A stretch of 64,000 nucleotides of DNA from Raillietiella orientalis (taxonomy: Eukaryota): NCBI GenBank assembly GCA_036172245.1, contig JAYWIR010000002.1, positions 62,001 to 126,000 of the forward strand. The letters are read 5' to 3'. Positions within the stretch are counted from its first letter, which is position 1. Each line of letters begins with the position of its first letter. Below the pieces are notes generated by a model. That model was not told the DNA's origin and made no database searches. It worked only from the letters and a program-made list of their open reading frames with translations. Position numbers and translations under genes: made by a program. Below, one piece after another: positions 24,273-37,549 of the stretch.

Positions 24273-25860
24273 CCCGCATTGGCGGCCGTGCGGTTGGGGG
24301 AGTCCACGCTTGGCCCCAAGCGTCGTGGAGATCTTCATCCTCAGCTGGGATTCGAACCCACCTGGGGGAGGGTCGACATCTGGCAATATCTGCGTCGTGG
24401 GTTTCGAGTCCTCCCCCCCTTCCGCAGGACGACGTTGGCTGGCCTATTCGGGTGCGACACTGGTGCAAGTCGAAAACCCCTGATGCCCCCGTTGACTGGC
24501 TAGGACTGGGAGTCGAAGTCTTCCGGGGTCCTTCGAAGAATCAAGGAGTCCTTCAAAGTTCACCTCCGGTTATGCGAATGGAGTCGTTCCCCCACTCGGA
24601 GGAGGATTTTCCATCGCATACCATGGAGCTGGTTGATGCCTCTCTTGAGTTTCAAGATGCGCACTGCTCCCTTCGGAGAGCAGCCCTCCAGGGAAATTGG
24701 AAGGCGTCCCTTCGTGATTCTCTTCAGAGAAGCAGCACCAACAAGGAGAGATCCCTTCGCGGGTGCCCTCCGAAGAAGAAATTCCAGGAGCGGATCTTTT
24801 CCGTGTCCCCTTTGGAAAAGAAATGAGGAGTGCCTCCCTCAGGAGAGTCTCTCCAGAGAGAATAAGGAAAAGGTTCCCTTCGGGATTCCCTTTGGTGGCA
24901 ACCAGCTCCTTGTCCCAGCAGAAGCACATGGGCAGAGACGACCACCTTCGCTGCAGTGAGACCCTTCCTGAAGAGGGCACTTGGCAACACCCATGACCGA
25001 GGTGGCGAGTCGCCTGAGACATCACAGACAGGCGGAAGCTGATGAGTGGATGGGGCAGATGGCAGATGGCTACGATCCCGAGTGCCCTTCCACGAGAACT
25101 ACAGCGCTGGGGTGAGCTGCCCCGGAATTCTTAGCGAAGACCTGGAGTGGCCCCAGTGCTGAAGAACAGCAGCTCCCCCCCTTTCTGAAGTGGCAGGAGT
25201 CGGCACTTCTGCTGTTGCACTGGGGTCTCTTCCTTGCAACATACTCCGACACCACTGGACTCTGGACAGCATGGGCCCGGACTGTGGTCGCAAGTGCGGG
25301 GAAAGGGGTCCCTCCCGCACCTGCTTGTGGACTGTGTTGTCCTCCGGTCCCTAAGGGAACGTTTCAGAACGACCCTCCGGATCCCAGGGACGTCTTACGG
25401 CTCCTCTTTGTGTGGGACGCCCTGCAGCCAGCAGCTGTCCCAGCAGTGCTTTGCTGCAACCTCAGGATTGCGGCGGCCTGGAGCGAAATCAACAGTGGAA
25501 GAAGAAACGAGAGGGACTCCGTCCACTCGCAGTTCGCTTTTAGCGGCCAGGTGGTCCCACCCGGGACCGAGTAGACCGACCTAGTAGGGTCCATCGGAAT
25601 AGATTCCAGCTTCCTGGGTCATCCTGGAAGGGATGCAGAGGACTCCCTCAAATATGCGGTGATCCCGACCCTCACAAAGAATTTTATTGCTCTTTTTATT
25701 TTTATTTTCTCCCCTCCACCTCCGCTGCCGAGGTTCTGCGGACCGGCGACCCGGCAGGTCTGAGAACAAACGAAGTATAGTAGGACCACCACTGCCCTAC
25801 CACAATCTGTGTGGTCATTTTTAATTTTAATAAGCGCATCGGCGTGTCCGGGTTGAAATC
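24273..25860 (+). mobile_element. tRNA-headed retroposon (long SINE-like family), full-length diverged copy
   Basis: Head CCCGCATTGGCGGCC, GGATTCGAACCC and GGTTTCGAGTCC boxes; shared GAATCAAGGAG and CATGGAGCTGGTTGATGCC; tail LKWQESALLLLH..CRKC..SLPHLLVDC; ends TAATAAGCGCATCGGCGTGTCCGGGTTGA. Confidence 0.8.
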
Positions 25861-27529
25861 GGAGACAACCAGGGAGAGGGTGTTCCCTCCCAGGCGCGAG
25901 AGAGGACTCCTTCCCCCAGAACCCTTCCTGGATTCGGAGGGTGGTCCCCTCCCGGGGTACCCCTAACCTGAAGAGTTGCTTAGAGCTTGCTTAGGTGGCG
26001 TGGACGGTGCGGAGGAGGAGCGTTCGCAGCCCTTTCCTTCCTCTTCCAAGCTGATCCCTTTCGATTCTTCGAGACGAGACGATCGAGCAGCCAGCTCCGC
26101 GCAACTTTCCGCGTTGTGCGTCTCCAGCCCGATGGAACGTGGCGTGCATCATCCCAGGAAGAATAACGGATTCCAGGCAATCGTCGCTGCATACAAAAAG
26201 CACACCGCGAACCGCAGTTTCCGGACGATGTGTGCGGATGGGAAGAAGCACGCAGGTGCTGAAAATCAAAGATTCCCGGGCCCTTCTTAGCAGGAGACCC
26301 TCTCGCTCTAAGAGGACTGGAACAAGGGAACTCCTTTCACTGAACCTTCCTCTGAATTGCAATCACCTTGCGGAGGGAGACGAAACTTGGCGGAGATTTA
26401 AAAGGAAAGAAAGAATGCAGCAAGAGAGACGTCCAACTTGTCCTGAATAAAGGGAAGCCGAAAACTTCCGGTTCCGAGACGCCGCGGATTACGAGATGCT
26501 GCAGACAGCCGAAAAGAAGGGAGGGAGGGGGAGGAGGAAGGAAAAAATTCCTTCCGTTTTTCGGATAAGCGACGGCAACGAATTTGCTTCCCCGGTTTTG
26601 GGTTGCAGGTTGACAGTCCCCGAAAGGAACCCGCAGCAGAAACGAATCCTCCGCGGAGTCTCAGCCGCCACTGCATTGTGCGGCCAGTCGGCGAAGATTT
26701 CGAAAGTCAACGCCCTCCCCAGACGGACGCGGATCGAAAGAGGCCGCGGTCTCTAAAGACAGCGCGCGGCGGGCGGAGCTCGAAAGCAAGCGAGAGGTGC
26801 AAAGCAAAGAAACGAAGGGAGCAGGAGGATTCTTCGTGAGGTCTCCGTGAGTCCCGGGATGCCAACAGCTCCGTCCCTCCCCCCCTTCCCCGAGTCCCAG
26901 AAACAGTGCAGCCAGAAAAGCGGATGGATCCTCCTCACGATGCGATGCCAAGCTCCCGAGCCGCCCCACGGAGCAAGCGTCTTCTGGAATTAACCTCCGC
27001 TGCGGACCTTGAACCGAAGAGCCCGCCTTTTCCGCAGCGTGGCCGTTGGCCTCTGCTCCGGAGGGCTTCGCGAAGACGGCGAGCGCGTCTCCAAGAAGCG
27101 TGGTCCCTTGACGAGAGACATCCTGCTCACGAACGAGAGAAAGGTGGACCTTTTCCTGCTCCTTCCCCTGTTACGGGAAGATCTCGAGCGCGATTTCGTG
27201 GTGAGCCACGTCTCCAAGGGAACCTTCAGATCTTCGGAAGAGCCAAAGGCGTAGAGCATCTTTGGCTGCATCCTCGTCGCGGGACGACCACTGCGGAACT
27301 GTCCGAAGAGAGAAGCCGGCTCCTGCAGATGGGCACTGCGCGGGAATCACTCCCTCCGGACCAGAGCCTTCTCCGAACCTGGATGCTCCTATTCGTAACG
27401 ATCTTCCTTTGAGGATTCATCCAGGGACGAGTTGCCTGTCACCGGAAGGTGGTGATCCGAGGAAGGGTGATCCTCGACACGGTTGGACGCACCGCCTCAG
27501 CTGCGTGCGAGGGGTCCTGGAGCTGTCCT

Positions 27530-27660
27530 GTAGCTGGCGGCCATGTGCCTGCGGTCTCCGCGCGCGGCACCAGGTGCTGTGGGTTCGAATCCCTATGTGG
27601 AGGATCGACATAGAGAAATGGGCGCGTCGTGGGTTTCGTTTTCCCCCTGCAGGATGGTGC
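27530..27660 (+). mobile_element. isolated tRNA-like head of the same retroposon family
   Basis: GGCGGCCATGTG..GTGGGTTCGAATCCC..GGATCGA..GAGAAATGGGCGCGTCGTGGGTTTCG, close to the copy at 247-360. Confidence 0.75.
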
Positions 27661-30600
27661 GAGGAAGCCGGTGGCTCCCATCACAACTCTCCCGGACAAC
27701 GAGAGCTGGCCAAACCTATAGGACTGAGACCCGAAATCCTACTGCTTTCCCCTTTGGGGTGAGGAAGAGGTCGGAAAATTCGCGAGGCAACCTGCGGCGA
27801 AGGGGGAGAGGCAGAGTAGATTGAGTCCATAGAGGGGGGAGTTCCGCGGAGTGCAGAAGGAAGAGAACAAAGACCACTGCGTCACCTCAAGGAGGCGTTC
27901 CGCTCGATCAACAGCGCTCCTGGGACGACGGCCGTGACGGTAATGAACCCGGGGAGCGCTTTCAGGAAGGAAGGGGGGGGGGGGAGGAAAGGGGAAGCAG
28001 AAGATTACGGGGCACAATCCGGGAAGAAGAAGGCGCGCGAAGGGCAAGGGCTTGTGCTCCATGCGTGGACGCTCCCGGACTGGAGAGCGGAGATCCCCGG
28101 TCTGCTGGCAGGCTTATTCTGGATAGCCAGTCAAAACTGCAGGATCGGCACATGACGACCTGCGGGTCCCTCGCCTGCTTCTCAGCGGAGCATTGGAAGC
28201 TCTGTGTCTCGAAGAGGGGCAAATCGAAGGGCTTCTGCCTTTTGCGCGTGTGGATACGCGTTTTTCCTTTTCTTTGTTTCTTTCCTTTTTCTTTTTCTGC
28301 ATTCTTCAGATCCGCGTGTGTCCATGTGGTGATCTGGGGGTAGGGCAGGAGCTTAAATGGTACCAGATGGACAGAGGATGTGGAGGACCTTGGATGTCGC
28401 TTGTGAAGTCCGAAGGAAGGTGTCAGGAATCGCCAGCAGAGATGGACAGGACGAACCAAAAGACGGGCAGGGGAGCAGGTCTTTGGCAGCAGCTCCAGGT
28501 AGAGCGCGGAAGCATCGAGCATCCCAGAAGCGAGCCTCTAGGAGACCGCTAGGGAACGGGACGGCTCGGGTTCACTTTGCTCGGAAGTCGTGGTTCTTGC
28601 CGCCGCGGCCTTCGGGTGGCCAGCAGGGGAGCCAAGAGGGAAGCATTCGAAGAATGTCTCGAGGACAAGGGAACTATTGGGGCGGAGTCCTTCCTTTCAG
28701 TCTTCCGAAAAAGATGAAACTCCAAGAACGCTAAAGTTTCCCATGTTGGCGCTCTCTGGGTGAAATTTCAGTTGGGGTGGGAGGGGAGGGGAGGGAGGTA
28801 GGGTGAATAGTATCTTTCCAAGCTGTTCGATCCCGAAGGAGATCGCACTTCAGAAGACGGAACTGTTCCCGCGCACGCGCGCGTTCTTCGAGCAGAGAAG
28901 GGAAGTCTCCGGCCAGAGGCGCACCCTCCCGCGGAACAGGTGGCTTCGAAGGCAGGCGAGATGGCGAGCCTCGAGAAGATTCCGGGAGTTCCTCCTCCTC
29001 TCCGCTTTCAAAACCGGCATCATAAAAGTCCCAGCTGCGGAGAGAACGGCGCGTGAAGCAGGCAGGGCGAGGCCTCAAGGGTACGAACCCGTTCGGACTG
29101 GCGTATCTGGAAACGGAGGAGATCCGCTCCCTCGTTGCCACCTCGGATGCGCCGCCCAGCTCAACCGCAAAGAAAATGCGGGGGATGGGAAACGCCGTGC
29201 TTGTCGCCACGTCCCGTACGCCGGAAGGGCGTGGACGGAAGAGGTTCCGGGGGCGTGGAGGCACAGCTCATGCACACCGTCTTCACGGTATGCTGGCGCT
29301 GCATCGTGCACTGCCACTCCACACCACCGCCAGCAGCAGAGCAGCGACTTATGGCGAGTGCGTGCGACTCTACACAGCAAGGGATCCAAAGGTGGAAGAC
29401 GGTGGCAGTCGAAAGAATCTCGGAGAGAAACGATGAGGCTCTTTCGAGGCTTTTCGGAAGGAGGGGAGGGAGGAGGGGGACTTTGATCGGAGCAATCCAG
29501 ATCTTTCCCTCTGTGGCTCATGGTGACGATGGGGAAAGAGGCCGCGGCAACGAGTCAGATGGACGAATCCGTCCGATGTGATGATTGGAGTTCCCCTGCT
29601 GAGAAGCGCGCGCGTTTCCTCCTGCTGTCAAGGTTTCCTGCTTCCTTCGTATCCCATCACGCCGGTACGCACCGTTTTTTTCCGTAGCCCAGTGGCGTGC
29701 ATCTCTTGCCCCTTTGCTCCCTACGAACTGAGACAACGGGGGAACGCTCCGATTGATTTTCCATCCTCGCCATTCGATTCCGCCGGTGCTACTCAAGGCA
29801 TCTACTTTCTCCGAAACGCTTCCTACAGCACTGAGAGTGCACTTTTTCTGCTCTGGAGCCGTGGTCATGCGTTCTTCTCCTTCCCAGTCAGCACGTGATT
29901 GGCATGCTTCCTATGGAATTAATTTTTCTGAATCATTTTCCCCGCTCGCACTCCTCACCAGCTCTTAGTGTTTTATGGTAAACTTGTTATTATTATGTAT
30001 TTATTTCCATCACGAATGGACGAATTACTTTTCTGGACTTAATACAGTCCGTTTTCCTTCTCCGAAAATTTCCTCGAGTTCTCTCCGCCATCATCATACT
30101 GGCATTCACGGAGGAAAAAAAAAAACAAAAATCCGTCTCACTACTGATTTCAAAGTTGCTTTCATCTCTGTTGCGCATAACGAGGTAGAAATATCCGTGA
30201 TGGCCAGGCGAGGTATGCTCACTCTGTTTCCTTCTCAAGAAGTCATATTACTTGCATCTGAAGCTCATAGTCATGAGGACAGAAAAGCATTCCATTTTCG
30301 AAAATCGATTTGGATGATACAGAATGCTGGAGGAAAGTCTACTGATCATTCCACGGCGCAGAGCAAGAGAGTTTCCTATTTTTATACAAGTCTTTAGGAA
30401 TTTTTCATGGAAAATTATTTTGCTTCTCACAGAACCACAAGAAACTCAATCGAGGAGTCTCTGTTTTTTGTTTTCCTAGTGGACAGCGACTTTCATACAG
30501 TATTGATCGTATTCTGGATTACTCTCGAAATGTATTAGAGGAATCCTGCTCTCATTATTTAATGATGTTGTACAAGATTTCGTGCCATAAAACCAGAAGC

Positions 30601-30665
30601 TTGGATAACCAAATATGGCAACTTGAAAACTGGAGTTAACACATCAAATATTCCCTAGATCCAAG

Positions 30666-31780
30666 GGTGGCTTCTAAATTGCTGACGATTGTGATGACAA
30701 AATTGGAATGACCTGGATGACATGACGAAGAAATGGCAGGAAAAATGGCAATTTAATGTATCGGGGGGGAATTGTGAATTTTCATGCAACCAAAGCTGTT
30801 TCCGTGCTGCATGGAGAAGCTGGAGACGATTTCCTTGTTCAGAAAAAAGTTTCCTTGCGTTTTCCGATGAATAAATACCATTAGATACCACGTAGCGGTT
30901 GTTTTGTGCTGATGCCTCTTACCGGGACCACACGTAATTCTACACGTCAAACCCGTGAATGGTTGCCAAGGTTTCTGCCTTAATTCCTAAAAGTGCGTGT
31001 ATTTTAATTGGAATTACCTTTCGAACACTCGAATGATGAAGTGGTCAGACATCGAAATAAAGTATCTCTGCGAAAGCCTGTTCGTTGCCTGGGTCCGGTG
31101 TTTGTGTTTTCTCCGCGATTGGAAATCCAGCTTGTCTCGATGATGATTACTTCATTTACGTTGGCTTAGGCTTCTATCATACTTCATAAGAATTGGTCGT
31201 GTGTTGGGGAGGAATCGCTGTTCACGGAGGCTTTCAATTTGCATTCGATTTCAGCACAGCCGATGCAAGCAAAAAAAAAAAAAAGGTAACTTGGAATCTC
31301 CAAGATCATCTGCAACAGCTGGAATGATTGCGTATCGGATTTTCAATTAATAGTCGCTAGATGTCTTCCGCAACGACAAGCACGCATTCCCAATCGAAGA
31401 AAGCGACGCGGAGATTCGTGCTCAAGAAATTAAGCGCATGGGTTCCAAATAGTAACCCGGGCAATCGAATGTTTTCATGTGAGTTTGCAGGAGTAAATCT
31501 CTTCTGAAGCTTTAAAAATCTGAAGATCATTTTGGACTGTCATACAGAAATGCTCGTTCGTTCCGTACGAAGATTAACCTTCTTTAGCGGTTCTGGTCAA
31601 CCTCTTCTTCCTCTTTCAACTGGGATGCCTAAAAGCAAGCAGAGAGGCGAAGTTTCAGGGTGGCTTCTAAATTGCTGACGATTGTGATGACAAAATTGGA
31701 ATGACCTGGATGGCATGACGAAGAAGTGGTAGGGAAAACGGTAATTTAGTGCATCGAGAGGAAATTGCGAATTTCCTTGC
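30666..31780 (+). repeat. ~120 bp direct duplication (30666-30790 and 31658-31780)
   Basis: Both copies start GGGTGGCTTCTAAATTGCTGACGATTGTGATGACAAAATTGGAATGACCTGGATG. Confidence 0.9.
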
Positions 31781-34019
31781 GTGTAGGCGAATGCAAAAAG
31801 ATTCTCGTCGCCGATGACGGAGTTTGTCTAAAACATTTCTGGAACAGAAGCAGGTTGTTTTAACGAAAACGCTTATCAGGAAAATTCAGGAAACAGTTCC
31901 CGCGCATCTTTGAAATTGGATACAAAGTCCATCCTGTGAAAAAATCATCGCTTCATGAATTTCATATCAGCGCATGAATTCCACAGCACTTCATTATCTG
32001 TTGAAAAAACCGAACCAAAGCTGTTTCCGGCGCTTATTAATATTTTTCGTATTAACTGCAAACAAACAGATAAGGAGAAGGGAATCTTCGCTGTGAAATT
32101 TGGTTCAATCCTCAATGAAGTATATGAATCGATGGACCCAGGATTCACTCGCTTCGATCCTGCGTGCATACTTCATAAAACAACCTAATATCATTGGGAA
32201 ATACCGATTATCTGATCTAGGTTTGCAACTGGAATTGTTTTCGTAAGTTGCACAGAATAAGCACATTGGATTGAAGGGTTAATACCCTCCCTCCCCCCCC
32301 CTTAAGATATTGAGTGAAGGCCCATAGAATTATTATTGCTTCCTCTCCATCAATAAATAATAGGTATCCCATTTCATAATAAACTCTTCCGATCCCTTCG
32401 TTGTTTTAAGGCCATCAAAGACGCTTTTTAATTCATGTTAAACCTCCAAGGGATGCATGCTAACATTAAGAAATATTTTCATTCATCTTCCTTGCAAGGA
32501 AATTAGAACATGAAAAACTTCTGCAAAACAACATCTTAGGATTACGCGACTGCATTAAGCTCAGAAAGAAGGCTTTAGTAGTCTTTTTTTTTCCTCAACG
32601 AAGAATACTTCATGAAGAGCAGGAGCTGTATTCAAGACTTTGCTATGCTTAAGTAGCCAGTAAATTTTTATAAGGTCTAATCAAATTAACGCCTACAGAA
32701 ATCCATCTCAATTTCTTTACAAAAGTAGGAACAGAAAACATTGTACCTGACCTGAGAATTGCATTCAGTTTTTCCTGTAGACTGAAACAATACATAATAC
32801 GGTGTGCTATATATACATCCAGTGTATGGATGGCTGATGGACGCACTAGAAAGAGAAAAACTGACTTCTTAATGTCTCTTGGAGAAAGAAAAAAAAAAGT
32901 TTCCTGAATTACTGTTTTATGGAGATTCTTTTGTATTCCGATTACTGTGCTTTTCGATTTCTGTAATGATGCTGCTTTGTTGGAGAGTATTTATCCTTTT
33001 AGAGGGAACTATTTTGGATGAGAAAAAAGGAAACAACGAATTTTAATTTCTGGACGTACAATGAAATCGAACAAACCCAAAACTGCAGCTCTGGAAGAAA
33101 TGAGGTGTGATAACGCAATAAATGCAAAGTAGAATCTTTTTTTTTTCTACAGAAAGCACGCTGACCAAGATGTGCGGAATCGATGCCTATGCGCTCTAGA
33201 TTTCAGCGAGGAAAAAAAGGTATGTCACAAGTGCTCAAAGCATGCAAAAAAGAGAAAATCAACAGCATGAATGCACAAGAGATTCTAAGCTGACGTTCCA
33301 AACAATAAAGCTCTTTAAGTACACAGCATTTTCACTCTGTCTAGAAAAGCGATCTTCATTATAAACATAAAGCACTCCGGCTGAACGTGCAATCACAAAA
33401 CTTTTACGGTCTTTTTTTTCAAATTTTTTTTAATAAATGTCATCACTTGTGATTTGAAGCAATAGCAAAGTGATAACAAATCAGAGAAGTGAGGAAAGTA
33501 AGAGCAGTATGAAGACATGTATGCGAGACTGACATGGACATGAGATCTTCTTACAACCTACTCACTTCTGGATGTAAGGAAATAAGACCATTCTAGATAG
33601 ACCTCTGTTCATAAAGAAGGCAAACATCATCTCGAACAAAAAGAAAACAAAATTGCCTCATTATGTCAGTGCACCGACTGAAATTGTCGTTTAAGGATGA
33701 AGGCCGGATGCAGTTAACGATTTGTTTCAAGCAGATAATTTGAGAAATTCCGGTACTTAGTTAGGCACTTTCACAGCACGGCAACGATTTTGAAAGATTT
33801 CGAAAGCACGTACCCGGAACAGTATGCGTGAATCACATGGGTATCATTCGATTTCTGCAATGAAATTATAAATGGGATAAAGTTATGCGTTTAATAGTAT
33901 TTTATTTTCCTTTTTTTTGTTTTTCTATTGAATTCAAGGAACATTCCTTAAACAAGTAACCCATCAACTACATTCCAGCAAACTGGAGCTGAATTCTTGC
34001 ATTTTTTCCTAGATATTGG

Positions 34020-36640
34020 TTTCAGAAAATGAAAATATCGTTACTTATTCTCACCCACATCTGGGTCATCGCATTTAACTGACTCTCAAGAAAATCTAAT
34101 CGCTGTTTTACATGGTGACGCAATGATTCTTCTTCCTTCGCTTGCGTAGTCAGTTCTTGCCCAACGTGCTCTACCTGCCTTGATAGCCATGGTAAATCTC
34201 CCAAGCCGCCAAGCTGTTCCAGCTGGATCTGGGTTTCTTGTAGCTGAGTTTCGAGGCGATGCAAGGATGACTGATGCTGCAAGTACTAAAAAGGATCGAT
34301 AATGCATTTGTTCCTTTCAACACTCTTACAGAACGTAGAAGAACAATAGCTTGCTCATATGATAACTTAAATGCTTCACCGGAATCCAGAAACTTTTTCG
34401 AAATTCGAGCGAATTGCTCATAACGGGTTTTGGATACTGGGTCTACAAAACACACATCGGTCTCTGGAGATATTTTCTTGTTTTTAGGCACTAAGTCGAT
34501 TACTTTCTGCATCTGCGTCTTCGCCTTTCTTAAAAATATTCTCTACAAAATTTATGAGTACCTATTCATCAAACAGAAGCATACAGTCATTATATCAATA
34601 CGTCTTTTGTATGATAGCAGGAATGAACTTATAACAACAATTATTATCATGTAAAGAAGCACTTTTGTTATGGAAATCGAATATATGGCACCCACTAAGT
34701 GCAAAACTAATGATCCTAATTTAAAAGGCTTGTTTTTGCTGATTACGTGCACTTGATCCAATTCCTCATAATATTCGTCCTCCTCCTCCTCTTCTTCAAC
34801 GGAGAATGGATCTGCAAGCATAAGTGGATTACATTTTTTTTGTGTGCATAAGTACGTCTTCGTAACAAATAATAAAAAAACAGGAACACGATTTACATGG
34901 AGTAGCTGTAAAATTTGAATTTTGGCTTTCTCAACGTTCATGAAAATCCAACTGAATTCATTTATCTGAAATAAATTCTAGCTTGATCCTCTAATTGATA
35001 CCTATGTTAGGAGTATTTAAAACTGCCACATTTATCTGCCAAGACTTCATACCAGCATTTTAGAGTTTCATAGGTGGATAGGTTCTTGAAATCCAAATCA
35101 CTACGTTGTTTCTTTAGAAAAAAACAAACAAACATCAAACCAATGTCGACATCGGCTTGTTTTAAAACAATGTTTCTATTATTCTGATTCAGCATGCAGA
35201 ATCTCTCTGACTCTAGAGGGATGTGGAGGTTTTTGAGATTCAACCCTTATTCATTGCCACAGACAGAAAAGTCCCGAGTTCTCTGGGAACGCTGCAAACT
35301 AATTAATCATAGTTTCACGTTTCCTAGTTATTTGAAAGGGTGATATTTAGTCAAGAAAAAGCTGCATCTTCCGTAAAGCATCCCGATACAGAACCTAATT
35401 GATCTTGTAGTTTATTTTAAATCAGTTCATGTAGGATGAATTTGATCAGTTCCTGGCTTTCATTTATCAGCTCATCCGAACAGGGTACATCATCTAAGCA
35501 ACTGCATGCATTTTGTAATGAACATGATTGGAAACTCTATCAGCAAAATAGCACTATCACTTGATCATCTGATCAGTAAGCATATTGGTTTAACTCCTAA
35601 TGTGTTTCGAAGTCCGTGGGACTTATATATAATTGATACGCAATCATTCCATCAGGAGACCCTATGCTGATGCAACTGTATGTATGCCTGTATATAAAGG
35701 ATGAAATTGTAGTTTCTTTCAATTAATCATCTTGGGATTCATGGAGAATTGGGATGACGAGATAAATTTGTAGTTAAGACCTTCACAATTCAAATTTGTA
35801 AGATGTAAATGTGAGAAATCGTTCCGGAGATTTTGAATATGATGTGAATGCAGTTGTACGTACATTATACGGACAAAAAGGAATAAGTTATTCAAAGATG
35901 TTGCTGTTTTTTTCACCCACTTTATAAATTCATCCAATTCCAATTTACAAATCTAATGGATACAACCACATTTGTAAAAGATTTACGTGGAGAAAGTGCT
36001 TCAACCAGAGCAACATATCTGTGTTGCTGCAATGCATAAATACTGGATGCTCAAAAATGCTCAAAATGTGATTCTGCCGCATTATCATTTTGAAGAAGGA
36101 AACAGTTGAACAAGGATACGCGACTGATAACGGAAGCATGAAATTGCAATGCTCTACTACGAAGCAGAGTGATTAGTAGCATACAATGAATAATTTCATA
36201 CAACGAAGGATTAGCTCCGAAGTAAAGATTGATTTACCATAATCTATGTAGTCATGTACTCCCAGTGCCATGCTCAACACTCTCGAAAGCTGCGGAACGC
36301 TGCTGCTTCGGTCTCCGAGACGGTGCGCACATCGCGAAAAATGGATCCGTCGTAGGCTGTTAGTACATTACCATGGCAATTGAACGAAAATGGTCGCTCC
36401 ATTGTCCTTTGGGCATCCAGGGATACCGCGCGCATTAAGGGAGGACGATGATACAATACGCAGGAAGCTGAAGAATCAGTGATAATAGCAGTAGCAATTA
36501 AGTGTTGATTAATACATGTATGTATGTTAATGGTTCCAGGAATTTTGTCAATAAAATTGTGGGCATCTGTAGATTCTGGCAAAAACCGAATTATTGAAGG
36601 GGGAGGAGGGATGGAATCCAAACGAGACACGGTGGTGAGC
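34020..36640 (-). pseudogene. AT-rich, intronless decayed coding block, virus-like; includes a UL28/UL56-like zinc motif candidate
   Basis: Back-to-back minus-strand ORF fragments with protein-like composition; near 34885-34820 C..ICYEDVL..KKCN(H) (His needs a 1-nt shift), later GAIYSIS. Confidence 0.4.
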
Positions 36641-37549
36641 GTTTTTTTTTTTTTTTTAAAGAAAAAAAAAAAAAAAGTGCAGCATCGCAAAACGGACTCT
36701 TAAGGAAATTCTCGCTAAAAACACACACATGGAACTTGAACGTTTACAGTTCACGTGTAGTGAAACCCGTTAAAAGTTGACTACGTGCTCATCTTTTTAC
36801 TTACTTACTTCTCTCTTTATATATTCAATTCCTTATTGCTCTCACGGCATTAGCATACTTTTTTAAAAAAAAGAAAAAGAATGATCCACCGGTCTTTTCT
36901 AACTACTCAAAGCAACATCCTGTTCCAGGATGAAAGCAGCAGGTGCTACGACGAAATCCACCGCGTAGACGGCGGAAACTTTAAACGGAATTTCAATGAT
37001 GGCGCAAATGCTGGCCAATTCGTGCCGAAAGGGTGCAGCCGAACCTGGCAACATGGATTATTTGGGTGGAATCAGGGTGAGATAAGTACAGAATGCACTT
37101 AAAGTTCGGTGCCAATGAAGTCAAAGTGGGGCGTATTGATTAAACAAAGCATGCGATGGCATGAAAGAACAAAATGATGGCGGACCGTCAACTCGAACTG
37201 AGCACAATGAATCAGTACATGAGTATTGACAAACAGTTGACCTCTAGCAAAGCAATACAAAAATAAATAACAAGGCTAAGCAGTACAACATGAATGCATG
37301 ACTATATATTATATATACATGGTGGAAGGGGGGAAGAGGAGGAAGGAAATACGGTCGTGCATTCATGTTCCACTAATTATCCATGTAGCCTTGTTATCTA
37401 TTTGTATGTTGTATCGCTGATGGTCGAATGCTTTCAATATTCATGTACTGATTGTATGTGTGTGAGCGTGCGTGTGTGAGCAGAATGCTTAAATAAAATA
37501 TATGAATTATATTTAAATTCGTAACTATGAAAAATGCACACACGCCGAG

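Larger units (their letters stand above)
23300..29450 (+). mobile_element. L1/Tx1-like LINE, decayed, interrupted by two SINE-family insertions
   Basis: APE start KTIN..LDTAIFKRQDT (N..D...LQET), VLAGSLQ (GDFN), SRRDD..VHHP (SRLD..SDH), SPGMPT, late RKCGGWET (C..C..ET); motifs in expected order. Confidence 0.45.

Noticed and set aside
30753-30950. UL5-like helicase Walker A (ITCGPGK)
   Set aside because: Single weak motif without Walker B support.
32270-32290. piggyBac end (AGGGTTAA)
   Set aside because: I found no matching opposite end or transposase.
33135-33225. Host exon (polypyrimidine-CAG ... GTATGT)
   Set aside because: Plausible splice sites, but no recognisable product or partner exons.
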